Shown here: in pieces, positions 38,614-49,965 of the stretch
How the letters are laid out: the number at the start of each line of letters is the position of its first letter
Position numbering within the stretch: the first letter of the stretch is position 1
Source: Tricharina praecox
Lineage: Eukaryota
NCBI RefSeq assembly: GCF_024521635.1
Contig: NW_026250424.1
Coordinates: 62,001 to 126,000, forward strand
Direction: 5' to 3'
Length of the DNA stretch: 64,000 nucleotides
Translations under genes and position numbers: made by a program
The notes under the pieces: generated by a model
Told to the model about the DNA's origin: nothing
Databases searched by the model: none
Seen by the model: the letters and a program-made list of their open reading frames with translations, nothing else

Positions 38614-39674
38614 CTTGGGGCCAGCGAACCATAGTCAGGTTTTGGAATGTCTTTAGCTGCAGAATGAAGTTAGGGTTCGACAGTACAGACTGTGTGCTTC
38701 CTGTGCATGTCGAGCGGGATATCGTTGAGGCAATGTGCTACACACACACAGTCGCCACACTGTGGCTGAACACAAGACGTTCACAGCGAAGCACTCACTG
38801 CCGAATCATGACTCCTTCGTTGACAGATCATTGCGTCTTCGAAGGTTCCCATCCGTATTGGCTCTGGACGCGAGTACTCAGCAGCCTCTTCTGTCGTGAA
38901 TGTAATCCCAAAAGAAAGAAAGAGGGCACTTGCACATACCTACGTCACCAACGTCCGCCAACCAAATCTTACACACAATGTGCAATACCTACCGGTCGAT
39001 GTGCACGCACGCTGTGAGTGGCTGCCACCGGTCATGAGAAGATGAGCGGTTGCGGTTGCGGTTGTGGTTGTGGTTGTAGATGTCGGTAGGTTGTGGAATG
39101 AACATGTTGTATGTAGGAGCTGGAAGGACTTGAAGGAGGCCGGAAGGAGGCGAGAACTCCGGCCACCTCGGCACTGCGACCCCACACTCGTAAATTTGGT
39201 TCGTTGTGGTGTGCATCTACTAGCGATCACTATCTACGATCAGATGCGGAGAGATTGAGCTGCGGAGAGCTTATACACATCCGAGCATTGCAGAAGCCGT
39301 TGGCCAAGGAGATATCATTCTTCTCTACGAGCTTCCCTTCGCATGCTGGCTGTAGGCTGCAGCATCGTCGTCGTTTTTGCAAGGTGAGGGGCCCCCATCT
39401 TAGCACGATGGTCGGTGGCAATCGAGCGGGGAGCGGGAAGGGGCAGCGGACATATGTACTGCGGTCCGCAATCTTTATTTGGAAGTCACTCGTGACTTGT
39501 CTCCTTACCTCTGATGTCGCGTCCCTGACGCCGTTTTGACGACGTCCGTGCGGATCGTGACGTCAATGCATACCGACAGGCTTGCTATATAAACGACGAC
39601 GAGCCTGTCCGAATTCCTTCTCCCTCCCATCTGGAACCATACGCACTTTACACACAACGACTTTCTACATCATC

Positions 39675-40493
39675 ATGCCTCGCGCCAAACATCCCACCGC
39701 CGCCCCCGCCGCCGCCGCTCCCGCTCCCCCTCCTGCGCACGAGGAAGCCGAAGCCGAAGCCGAAGACGCCACCAACTCTGGCTACGCCAGCACGTCGAGC
39801 TGTGGCGGCGGCAGCAGCTACGACATCACAACGCACGCGTTCGCGCTGCCCAGCGGGGCGAGCTGGGGCGATGCAAGTTGGGTGCGGATCCGGCACGATG
39901 ACTTTCCGTTCTGGGACGAGGCGACGGGCGAGCCGCTGGCAAGGAATCAGCAGAACTTTCCGAATACCATCTGGGTCGACGCTAACGAGGAGGAGCGCGA
40001 GGAGGCGGAGTGGGCGGAGTGGGCGGAGAGGACGGAGTGGGTGAGGGAGAGGGATAGGGAGAGGGAGTGGGTCAAGGAGAGGGAGAAGGACGGTAAAAAG
40101 GGAAAGGGGAAGGGGAGGGGGAGGGGGCCCGGCGAGGGCGATGATGAGGATGAGGGTGAGGTGGTGGGCTTGGATGAGGGCATGGGCGAGGGCGAGGACG
40201 AGGAGGGGGAGGACGTCGAGAAGAACGATACAACCGCCCCGCCGCCGAAGAAACGAGCCAGGATCAAGAAAGAACCAGTCCAGAAGAAGAGCGCACCGAA
40301 GCCCAAGCCGGCGCTCAAATCAAAGCCGGTACCGAGGCCCAAGCCGCCGCCGAAATCAAAACCGGCGCCCAAGTCCAAGCCCAGCATTGCCGACAGTACG
40401 CCGAGGTCTGTTATTGCGAAGGGGAAAAGGGTGGCCGCCAAACCCAAGGCGGGAGAACCGGCGAAGGTGGCAACTTCGCAGTCGGTGGGTTAG
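39675..40493 (+). CDS. Hypothetical low-complexity protein (acidic middle, Lys/Pro-rich C-terminus with NLS-like PPPKKRAR)
   Basis: Intronless ORF from ATG 39675 (MPRAKHP). TATATAA at ~39586. GC-rich coding-like composition. Confidence 0.65.
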   Translation: MPRAKHPTAAPAAAAPAPPPAHEEAEAEAEDATNSGYASTSSCGGGSSYDITTHAFALPSGASWGDASWVRIRHDDFPFWDEATGEPLARNQQNFPNTIWVDANEEEREEAEWAEWAERTEWVRERDREREWVKEREKDGKKGKGKGRGRGPGEGDDEDEGEVVGLDEGMGEGEDEEGEDVEKNDTTAPPPKKRARIKKEPVQKKSAPKPKPALKSKPVPRPKPPPKSKPAPKSKPSIADSTPRSVIAKGKRVAAKPKAGEPAKVATSQSVG

Positions 40494-40797
40494 TTTTGCG
40501 GATGTCCTGTTGCTGTATCATTGTAGTGCCCGACCTTGCTGTCCGTCCGGACTTTACTGTTTCTTCTGGACCTTGCGGTTTCTTGCAGGTTTTGCTGTTA
40601 CTTTCGGACCTTACTATTACTTTCGGACCTCACTGTTGCTTTCTGACCTTGATCATTTCATACTTAGTATACTTTTCGCTTTGATGGACAGCATGTAAAG
40701 ATGCATGAAGGTTTTCGAGTTGGGATTGAGCTAGGAGTGGCAGTTGTACCAAATTTAGGTCTTAGCATTTTGCGGAAGTGTATGAAAACTCCTTGTT

Positions 40798-42427
40798 TCA
40801 GCGAGACATCGCTCCATATTTTTCCACCCAGCTCACGTATTTCTCACGGCTCGACCTCATCTCGCCGTACGGCCACCGGCCCTTCTCGCTCATATCGACT
40901 CTGCACCCCTGCTCCATCCACATCTTGAACGTCTCGACCGCATCTTCGGGGAACCAATGCTGCCGTCCCTCCGCCTTCCTACACCTGCGTTCCATGTACT
41001 CGTACACCTCCTTTGCCGTCGTCTTCGCCCGCTCGTAGCAGCTCAGGTCCAAGTGCCTTTCCACGAATCCGGCGCCGACCTGGTACCGCCGCTCCTCGGG
41101 CACCCAGTACGGATTGGCAAAGAGCGCGGCTATGTCGGTGGCCCACGTAGGGTTCGTCGCGATCAGGCGCGGCGGGTGCGGGGTGAAGCCGTGAGGACGC
41201 AGGTGGGGGACGGGGCAGTCTGGTGCCGCCGCGGGAATGTGCGACGGGACGCAGTCACAGTTGCGGCTCCAGCGAGTAGTTCCGAGTGACCTATTCAGCC
41301 AGTCGACGCCGCGCGCGGGCACCGGGCGTGTGCTCCCGTCCGGAGACATCTCGATCGGCCCCGTGTCGAGGTAGCGCAGCGCGTATGGAAGGGCGCTCCC
41401 GAACGCCGCCAGCTCGATCGGCCCCGTGTCGTGGCGCAGCGCGCATTCAAGGGCCCAGCCGCCCCGGCTCACGGGCAGCGGCCGGTGGATCCGTCGCCGG
41501 CACTCGGCGAGCTTCGTGTACTCGAGCACGCCCGTGTACGTTTGTAGCTTCGCCTGCACCGTGGTGAGGTAGGCGGTGATCTGCGCACGCATCACGGTGA
41601 GAGTCGCGCCAGGTGATGGGAGTGATAGGAGGTGCAGGAGGTGGAGGAGCTGCCACTCTGGCGACGAGGGGTCCGCGGCGTGAGGCGAGTTCTGCACGTT
41701 CGTGAGAAATGCACGCTCCGGAACACAGCACGTCGACATGCAGTCACAGCTCGCGGTCGTCTCGGGCAGATAGTCCAGCAATACCCCTCTACGCCAGGAG
41801 TACACGGGATTACAGAAGTCGAACATGAGGATAGCGATCATCACCCTCGCCCGAAGCGGCAGTGCGTCTGGAGCCCATACGCAAGGGTTACCGTACATAC
41901 CCTGCACATCGCCGGGTGCGAGTGATGCGCCGACGACAGCAAACGGCACACCCTCGCCCGCCAGCATCGCGGCGAAACCGACTTGTCTAGCGCCGGGAGC
42001 GCCCACAACCGTACCAAATGTGCGGTGCTTGCTGATCCGCCACATAGTTGGATCGTAGTCCTGCAACAGGACTATGTCGAGGTACTGCGCGGCCTGGGCG
42101 TAGTGTTCGCGGCTGCAGCGGAAGTTGATCTCGGCGAGGTCGGGCTGCAGGGTGGGAGGTCAGTCAAAGCGTCATACGGCCACGGAAACCACGCCTACAT
42201 ACCAGCAACTGGAATTCAGCCCTACCTAAGAGCGCGGGATTGACGAAATGCTCCAGCGGAATCCGATATCCGTCACCATCCTCGACCGCGTTGACGATGC
42301 TAACCTGCGTTGTCGTTAGGAAGCGGCCGATGCACGGTGGATCCGCAGTTGGACCCGCCGCGATGTCGTGGTCGTGGTCTTGTACCGCAGAGCGCGGGAA
42401 GGTGCGGTCGCAAGCCATTAGCGTCAT
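40798..42427 (-). CDS. Hypothetical protein, ~520 aa, 2 exons (intron 42202-42145)
   Basis: GTATGT..CTGAC..CAG intron joins ORF 42427-42203 in frame to the long ORF ending at 40798. Globular, motif-like sequence (DFCNPVYSWRRGVL). Confidence 0.7.
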
Positions 42428-42884
42428 CTTCAGTCGTTAGAGAGTCAATTTCTGTAGCAGTTGCAGCGTGCAGTGCGTGTGCTGTGGTGAAAGTCGAATC
42501 GGAATCGGATGTGGGAGCTGGTTGTTTATGTGCCGTGGTTTGCGAGGGTCCCGTTGAACGAAAGGATCGAACCCAACTTGGAGCATGAGGATGTGCCCTG
42601 GAGATTCAAGCCGAGTGAGCAGGATCACTTCAAAATGAATTAGGGCTTCGCAGCTTGGAAGGGTTTGGAAGCGATTGGGGGAAATGATGGTGGAGGACCA
42701 GGACATGATATATCACTCTCACCACAAAGGCACTAGTGTATTTTGTGACACTCTACATCACTCGCTCCATGACGGCACGTGTAAATTTGTGGTCCCTAAA
42801 AAAATTGTTCAATACGCCAGACGACTCAATTTCGTGACTGACTCAATAACCCTTAAAAGTATTTAATAGCTGCGAGACAGCTTC

Positions 42885-44230
42885 AGAGTTCCGAGTGGCC
42901 TACAGTGACCTCGCAACAGGGCCCACGCCACGAATGGCTTCCATCGTGAAGTATCTACGGAATCTGTAGCTTGGGGGTGCGGACTTGAAACCTGTTGGGG
43001 AGGTGGAGGTGGAGGTGGAGCACCTATCCCGCAAGACGATAGAGTACATAGTGATTGCGGGGTTTGGGGCACACATGAGCACGATATAATGTAGCCCCAT
43101 CGAATGGCGCTGCAGTGACATATATTAGGAATACGGTACATGTTATGCTTGCACTGGATCGCTACTTCGTACTCGTCGAATCCATATGGTGTCACTCGTA
43201 CAACGAGCGATCTCTCATGAGTCAAGCTTCAGTCTTCGTCCTTCCCATCGTTCTTTCCTATCCTTCTCTCCCACCATCTCTCCTACCATCTCTCTCACCA
43301 TCTCCTCTTCTTAGCTCACGAGCTCACCACCTGCGACCAACAACATCTCTACACTTCAGCAAATTTCCGAAACTAAATCGAACTCAGCCACTCGCTTCAG
43401 TAAGTCACCCGATCGATATTCCATCTTCTCTAATTGTGTTGACACCTTTGGAAAATCAAGAGAAAATGGCTCCAAGAACCTGAAGCTCCACATGGCCGAG
43501 AAGAAGTCCAAGAATCGCGGCAAAGGCAACCGCCAATAAGACCGCCGAGAAGAAGAAGCCGGCGCCCAAGATGGCTGCCGCAAAGCCCAAGGGCATTATC
43601 GAGCGCGCCCCGAAGAAGCCTGCCCCCAAGAAGCCTGCCCCCAAGAAGCCTGCCGACAAAAAGTCGGCGCCCGCCGCAGTCCCCGCTCCCCTGCCGCCTC
43701 CCCCGCCGTCTTCGCCCTCACCCCGGCACCACCAGGTACACGTACCATCTCCCCGCCAATGACTCGGTCATCCATGCACTCAAGGAGTGCCCGGAGCCGT
43801 CGGGCAAGTTTGAACGCTACGCGTTCCGCAACGAGGTCTTCCGTCGGGTGAGATGCCCGGTGGCATCAAGATGCACATCGAGGTGCCCGGCACCTTGAGC
43901 TTCTTCAGTTGACCTGAGGAGCTGAGGTGTCGGGCCCTGGCTGGGAGACTTACGTCGGAGAGGAAAGGGTGCGCGGCATCGTCGCTTTGCATGTCTACAA
44001 CTAAGTGACGGTTGGGGAGAGTGAGGAGAGCGAGAAGGAGGAGGAGGAGAAGCTGTCGCGGAGAGAAGAGGAATGGGTTGAGTAGTGGGCAGCAACGTTG
44101 GTGCGAACCAACGTTGGCGGGTATGGCGGGGTCGTCTTTTTTTTTCTTCTTTTTTTTTCTTCTTTTCTTTTTTCGATCATAATCTTCAAAATAAACGATC
44201 AACTACTATCTCCTCTTTCTCCTTTGTCTA
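42885..44230 (+). repeat. Dispersed gene-like repeat cassette, copy C (least interrupted; nonsense codon and frameshift)
   Basis: ATG 43466, TGA at codon 6 (AGA in A and B), then PRRSPRIAAKATANKTAEKKKPAPK..KKPAPKKPAPKK. 3' block ATCATAATCTTCAAAATAAACGATCAAC is shared with copy A. Confidence 0.85.
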
Positions 44231-47200
44231 TTCTCTTCATCAAAATTCACGAGTATTAGGGGTTGAGGACAAGATTCCATGTAGTGGTGGCCGAGTATGT
44301 TCACGGAAAGACGTGAAAACCACGCCAATTTGTACTTCTGCATCGAAACTGGACTTTATACCAACATCAAAAAATGAAGTCAATGGATGAAGTGCTTCCC
44401 CAATACCTGGAGAAACTACCTATCTGACGAGTCAAAATCTTGCTGGTTAAATTTCGGTGGTGATCATGGGTCGCGGAAAGACAAGCATTTTTGAGGCGAT
44501 TTCGGAACTCCAGCGCGCTACGATCCATAGGATACTACTTTTGCTCCATTAGGGCGGCGGACTTCCCGCCGCGTCACACACCGACGGCGGAGATGGGAAG
44601 CGCCTTTAGCCGCGACCGGTAGTTAGGGCGAGCCGAAGCTGGCGGCTGTGCGAAGCCCCGGCGGCGGCTGGGCCGTTGGGAGGCAGCCTTGGTGACACCG
44701 CGACTATTACTCTACATGGCTCCTGCGGTTTGCGCCGCTACTTAGCCAAGCAAAGACCCTCATTCCACCATGATGCTTATGGAGGGTCGGATTTACGGCC
44801 TTCAAACCGGCCATCTTCCGTTCCGGCCCGTTCGAAGGACATCCCCGGATACATAGTGTTGAATGGACCTGCGATAGGTACCATGTTAATCCGCATCCCC
44901 GATGTGAGAGGTCGACCCTCGGGCCGCCACGCAAGGATGCTCGTACATATATAAAGTACATAGGCACGCAGAGACTTGTCGAAATGAGCAGCCGATTCCG
45001 GCTCGGCCTCAGATCACATACATATGCATAGTAGGTACCTAGTTGGGGTCTGGCAGGGTGATATTCGTTTTGCGTACAGCGGCAACTTCCAGCCATCGTA
45101 GCTCACCGCCTGGATGATCTGTGCACACCTTAAATCGTTCACTCGAACTCCGTAAGGATCATGGGGCTTATGCCGAACAAAGCACGTCGAGATATGCTTG
45201 GCGAGTTCTTTTCCTACCTAGTGGCTCGATTCGATGTATGATAGTAGATATAGTACCCAGCACACCGTGGAAGCAACTGCCTCATCTCATGATCGGTCCA
45301 TAGTAACGGTCTCGGAAGCCGCGTGGACTGCGGACCGTTGCCTTCCAGCCAAGATGGGTCGCACTGCGACAATGTGGATATGCGGTCCCGCCCAATCCAT
45401 TCAGACTGGTACCAAACAGAGCATGCCAAGGCATCCACGGCTTTGTTTTGCTCCGAGTGCATGGCTGCGGTTCAATTCGTTGTTCTTTTTTCTTGGCTCA
45501 ATATCCAGCCTTACGCGCCGTTGGAAGCCACATGGACCCGGTTTCTAGCCTATGTACTAGCACATACATGCAACGGTGCTCTCCTCACGCCCGGGACGAG
45601 ACTCGGGAACTGCAGATTGCGCTGGGTCTCCACCGAATGGTATGATACGGCATGCACTGAGAATTTCGCCGACGACAGGGAGGTAGACGTGTTAGTGTGG
45701 GCCGGAAACTGCGGGTCCCGGAAGAGGGGGCATATGTACATAGGAGAATATATAAGAAAGGCGAGCATTAAAGGTACCTTTGCAGGCCCGTGCTCGGAGG
45801 AATAATCTAGAAGGCGGGCTGCTTGAAAGAGTAGGTATATACCTGGTACTATAGTTGGTACCGACGTGCATTTGGCCTAGGACTCGAGGCATGTGTCCGA
45901 AACGGCCCGCCTCGTGTGCAGGGAAAACTTATGACCGGGCTGAGACCATGACACTGGCGAACACCAAGGGGCTTTTGGCTCATCTTATGTAGGGGTTCCA
46001 GAGTTCGCCGACCCGCAGTTCATATGCATAAACCTTCCGCTTTGCTGTCTTCGAGCCGGGATACTGTAGTTACGGTAGCTTATAAACTGGAAAGTGGTCT
46101 AGGCGTAAAGAGCTCGCAAGGTACGTTCCGATTTCTCTGATACCCACCACGGCAAAGGAGTTTATCCCTCGCTTTTTTTCCCTCCCGATCTGCTGTTCGA
46201 TTCGGAGTGGTCATATGTAGTGGTTCCATCGGCTGCCGTAGATCATATGATAACTAGAACCTGGCCGTTGAACGGCCCTCTTCACCAGCTATAGCGCCTC
46301 AGGTACTTCCGGAGATTACACACAAAAAAACCACGCATCATGCACCCATGCATAGTGTCACATAGGTAGGGTACCGTGGGTAAGACTTGACCCGGGGGCG
46401 CTCAGCCCTATGTACAGCACAATCTGTGTATGGTCCTGCAATATCTTGGCGTGGTTTCGCGGAACCAGTAGGCACCGGGTATACATCAATACCTATTATA
46501 GATATGTGCGCGGTAACTACTCCCTTGGCAGGTTCTGGAGGTGGATAAACACTGCATTTGCCGGTTCTGGGGGTAGTAACCGGCGGATAACTGAACATAC
46601 GCGCAATCGCTGCATGTGGTATTGGAAGGAAAAGAGGCGCGGATTTGACAGGTAGCCCTAGAAAGGATCGTTGTACTCTACGTAAGATGGTCGTACTAAC
46701 TACCGGTATTCGAGGGGCGGCGATGGCCGGCTGATCCTCGGTGCACGATGGCTACGACGTACTCCGAAAAGCCCGCAATCTCACCGAATCTCCGACTGGT
46801 TTATTTGCCAGCAGCTTGTCCCTACCATCTACCCAGGTAGTACCACCGATATCCACCCTCGAGCCGGATAATCTGCACACGCCAGACGCCAGCGATCGGC
46901 CATTAGGGGTAATCAAAGTGCGGTGGTTCGCTAGCTCGGTGACTTTTTAGCGTGCTGATTTTGGCCAATGAGGACGAGGGCACTGTGATTCCCTTAGTTG
47001 GGTTTGTCGGTGGGTTTGTCGGTGGGAGTGACCGTTGGCGGCGCGGCCACGAGTCTGTAGCGACGACATGCAAAAAGAAAATCTCCTCCGAATCGTCACT
47101 ACCACCGAGTCGCTGTTTGGTTCTCAGATGTAATGCGTAATGTGCTTAGGCGTTGCAGTACCCGTGCTCTCTTCTGTGTACAAGGCATTGAGGCAGTACT

Positions 47201-47386
47201 ACGGAGTATTTTGTACTGCGGGTTGGACAAAAGAGGAAGTCGTGACCATCTAGGCCGCCCAAAATACTAGCTGTGGTGGGCACGACTTTTGGTGTGTGGC
47301 GCCATTCGATTACACCCTCCCCTGTGGCGTTGTTTCGTACAGATCAGTGCAAAGGACAGAGCAGAGTTTTTTTTATACACACCGCC

Positions 47387-47934
47387 TGTAACGGCACGGT
47401 CGAGCAAGGCTCCAGGTAGCGAAGCCGGGCGGGGAATCGGATACTGGGTTCGGCAGAAGCAACATGGGTTCGGAGGACAAGGCAAGGCAGGGCTCAGTGC
47501 AGACGGGAACTGAGAACAGAGGCAGGGACAAGGACTACGGCGCAGACGGCAGCCGAGGTAAGGTCAGAGGTAACAGTGATTGAATTAACAAGTTGTTGCG
47601 TGAAGAACTAAATACAGAGGGGCAATGGCCCGTTTATATAGAAAATCCTCCACTTCTTCCCGCAACCTGACAGTGACCGTGGGCGTGTGCCAGACCCTGA
47701 GAAATCCACCTTGTCAGTACCCCGCTTCTGTGACTCATACCCTGCGCAGCCGCACTACCCCTGCTTCCTTCACACCGCCCCAATCCCCTGCGGCTCATTA
47801 CTGCACTATCCCTGCTCCCTGCACACAGCCCCAAATCCTCTGCAGCTCATCCTTGCACTGCCGGTACACTGCCTCTCAACTCTCCCGATCCTTGCGCCGA
47901 CCCTCCCTTCGTCATTCCGTCGCGAGCCGTGACA
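47387..47934 (-). mobile_element. 3' LTR of an older Ty3/gypsy element
   Basis: TGTAACGG...CCGTGACA termini. Polypurine tract (AGGAGGGA on minus strand) adjacent at 47939-47946, next to the chromodomain remnant. Confidence 0.85.
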
Positions 47935-47982
47935 GTAATCCCTCCTAAGGCTCGAGTTCCCACGAGAGCAAGTTCGACTGGT

Positions 47983-49135
47983 TCAGGCTGCATGGGGTAT
48001 CGTCGATGGAAGTCGTCCACAGCTTGTACCTCGGTAAGGTTCTCCTCTGGTTCCCACGTTGGTGCCGTGTAGCCCCTCTATTTCACCAGGTGTAATAAAG
48101 TACACTGGGAAAGTACTATACCACTTGACCAAAAGGTATTTTGATGGCTGAAGGCCATCATCCCAGTAGCTACTTAAGGCCAGGATTTCTGAACTGTGAC
48201 ACCAGGTACTGGAGTTTGCCCCTGAGGTTCCGGCTGTCGAGAACCTCTTCAACCTCCCATTCTTTTTGGTCGTCCACCATTACCGGAAGTGGTGGCGGTG
48301 GAATTTGTCCAGGGAAGGGATCGTCAGCGGAGGCATGAAGGAGGGATACAGGAAATGTTCGGTGCTTCTGAACGGTGTCTGGGATGTCCAATTCGTAGAC
48401 ATGGGTTTGGATTGTCCGAATCACGCGGTAGGGACCATGGTGTTTGTTTTCCAGCTTGCGACTGGGCCTCTCGGTGCGCCAGTTCCGACCATCCACCCAT
48501 ACCATGCCGCCTGGTTGGAAGGCTGGCGCACGGGTTCGGTGTCGGTCGGAGTCGTCCTGTTGCCGTGCCTGGGCGTACCGCATCTGGCTGCGGGCGACGC
48601 CGTAGGTTTGATGTAACCGTTCCGCTGCACTCTGAGCTTAATGTTCCTCCTTGTTGTCAACACGGATATCCAGCTCAAAGTCACACCGTGGGTGGTATTC
48701 TAGGTTAGCGAAGGATGGGGACAGGGTAGCCGTGTTGGAGACCTGGTTGTTGCCAGCGAATTCGACCAAGAACAAGTAGCCGGCCCAGTCATCCTGGAGG
48801 TAGCTGACGTACGCGCGGAGGGGCTGTTCCATGACGGCGTTCATACGTTCAGTTTGGCCGTCAGTCTAGGGGTGGAAGGCAGTCGACAGGCGTGGCTCGA
48901 TCTTGAGACAGAGCATAAGTGCTTCCAGAATCTCGAGGCAAACTGGGGACCCCAATCCGAGACGATGGTTTCTGGCCACCCGTGGTACCTGAAGATCCGG
49001 TCTCAGAACAGCTCTGCCAGTCCTTCCGAGGTGATGGCCGTGGTACATGGCAGGAGATGGCGTTGCTGGGTCAGTCGGTCAACAAAAACATAGATGGCGT
49101 CAAACCCCTTTGAGTCCGATAGGCCAGTGACAAAG
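47983..49135 (-). pseudogene. Decayed Ty3/gypsy integrase-chromodomain remnant
   Basis: [65 protein letters not shown], with frameshifts and stops. Confidence 0.92.
48091..48201. mobile_element. 111-bp solo LTR (TGT...ACA) with 5-bp TSD CCAGG
   Basis: CCAGG at 48086-90 and 48202-06. Removing it restores the chromodomain QYLVK*RGYTAPTWEPEENL. Confidence 0.88.
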
Positions 49136-49825
49136 TGTGAGACTGGGACGGGTTTGTGTCGTCGGAGTCTATAGTAAAGTCGAGGATAGAATAAAAGTCA
49201 GGCATTTCGATAATTCACAACGGAATAATCTTAAGGGTGTTTGTTCGATGGCTTTGTTCGGTGCCATGATTGTAGTTTGTTCGGTTGCCCGCTCGGTTCG
49301 ACTTATAGTCGTCCCGATCCTCAGCACGTGATTCCTCTAGAGTGCGGCCTAACGTAGCTCCGTTGCTTCCTTTGCATCGGAGTTCCGCGGCCTAGCCTTG
49401 AGTCGTCGTCAGCTCTCTTCGGATAGTCTTCTCGACTAGGCAGGTGGTAAACACCACGCGCCCAAGATAGATCGGAGTTTCCGAGCAATTATCTCCCTCA
49501 TGCGCCGGCAGAGTTCTTCGCTCGAAGTTGTCTGCCCCCATCGGTCGATGTTCGATTCTCTCGTCATAACAGTTTTTTCCTGGATCGGAGTTCCTACTGC
49601 GGGGCCCTATGATCGGAGATCTCAAAGTCCTCTGGACTGTTATCCCGATCTCCCGCATCTCCGATCACTGTCTAGACTCTGGAATCCGTTTGCTCCCTCC
49701 TTCCTATCTTGTCCTTGATCGCTTCTAACTATCCTTTCGGCTCGCAACTCTATTCTAATCACCCGAACTATCTAATCACATCTCTTGCGACCGTCGTGAC
49801 CTCCGATACCTATCGGGGTGTCACA
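49136..49825 (-). repeat. 3' LTR of the young element
   Basis: About 11 differences from 55815-56504 by manual count. Confidence 0.95.
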
Positions 49826-49965
49826 CCATCTCCCCTCCCACGAGGCTTCGGCCCGAAGCACCCAAGTCCTCGCCTTTATCCTAATTTTGATAACTGGATG
49901 AAGTCCTCCATCCCCTTCATCCTACTACCTGCCCGAGTTCGAGAAAACCACATGGGAAAAAACTC

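Noticed and set aside
43481..43483. Premature TGA as an A-to-I editing or readthrough site
   Set aside because: The other copies have AGA here and copy C has an additional frameshift, so ordinary decay is simpler.
44545..44680. GC-rich segment with two TTAGGG hexamers (telomeric or ncRNA?)
   Set aside because: Isolated hexamers, no array, and no recognisable RNA gene structure.
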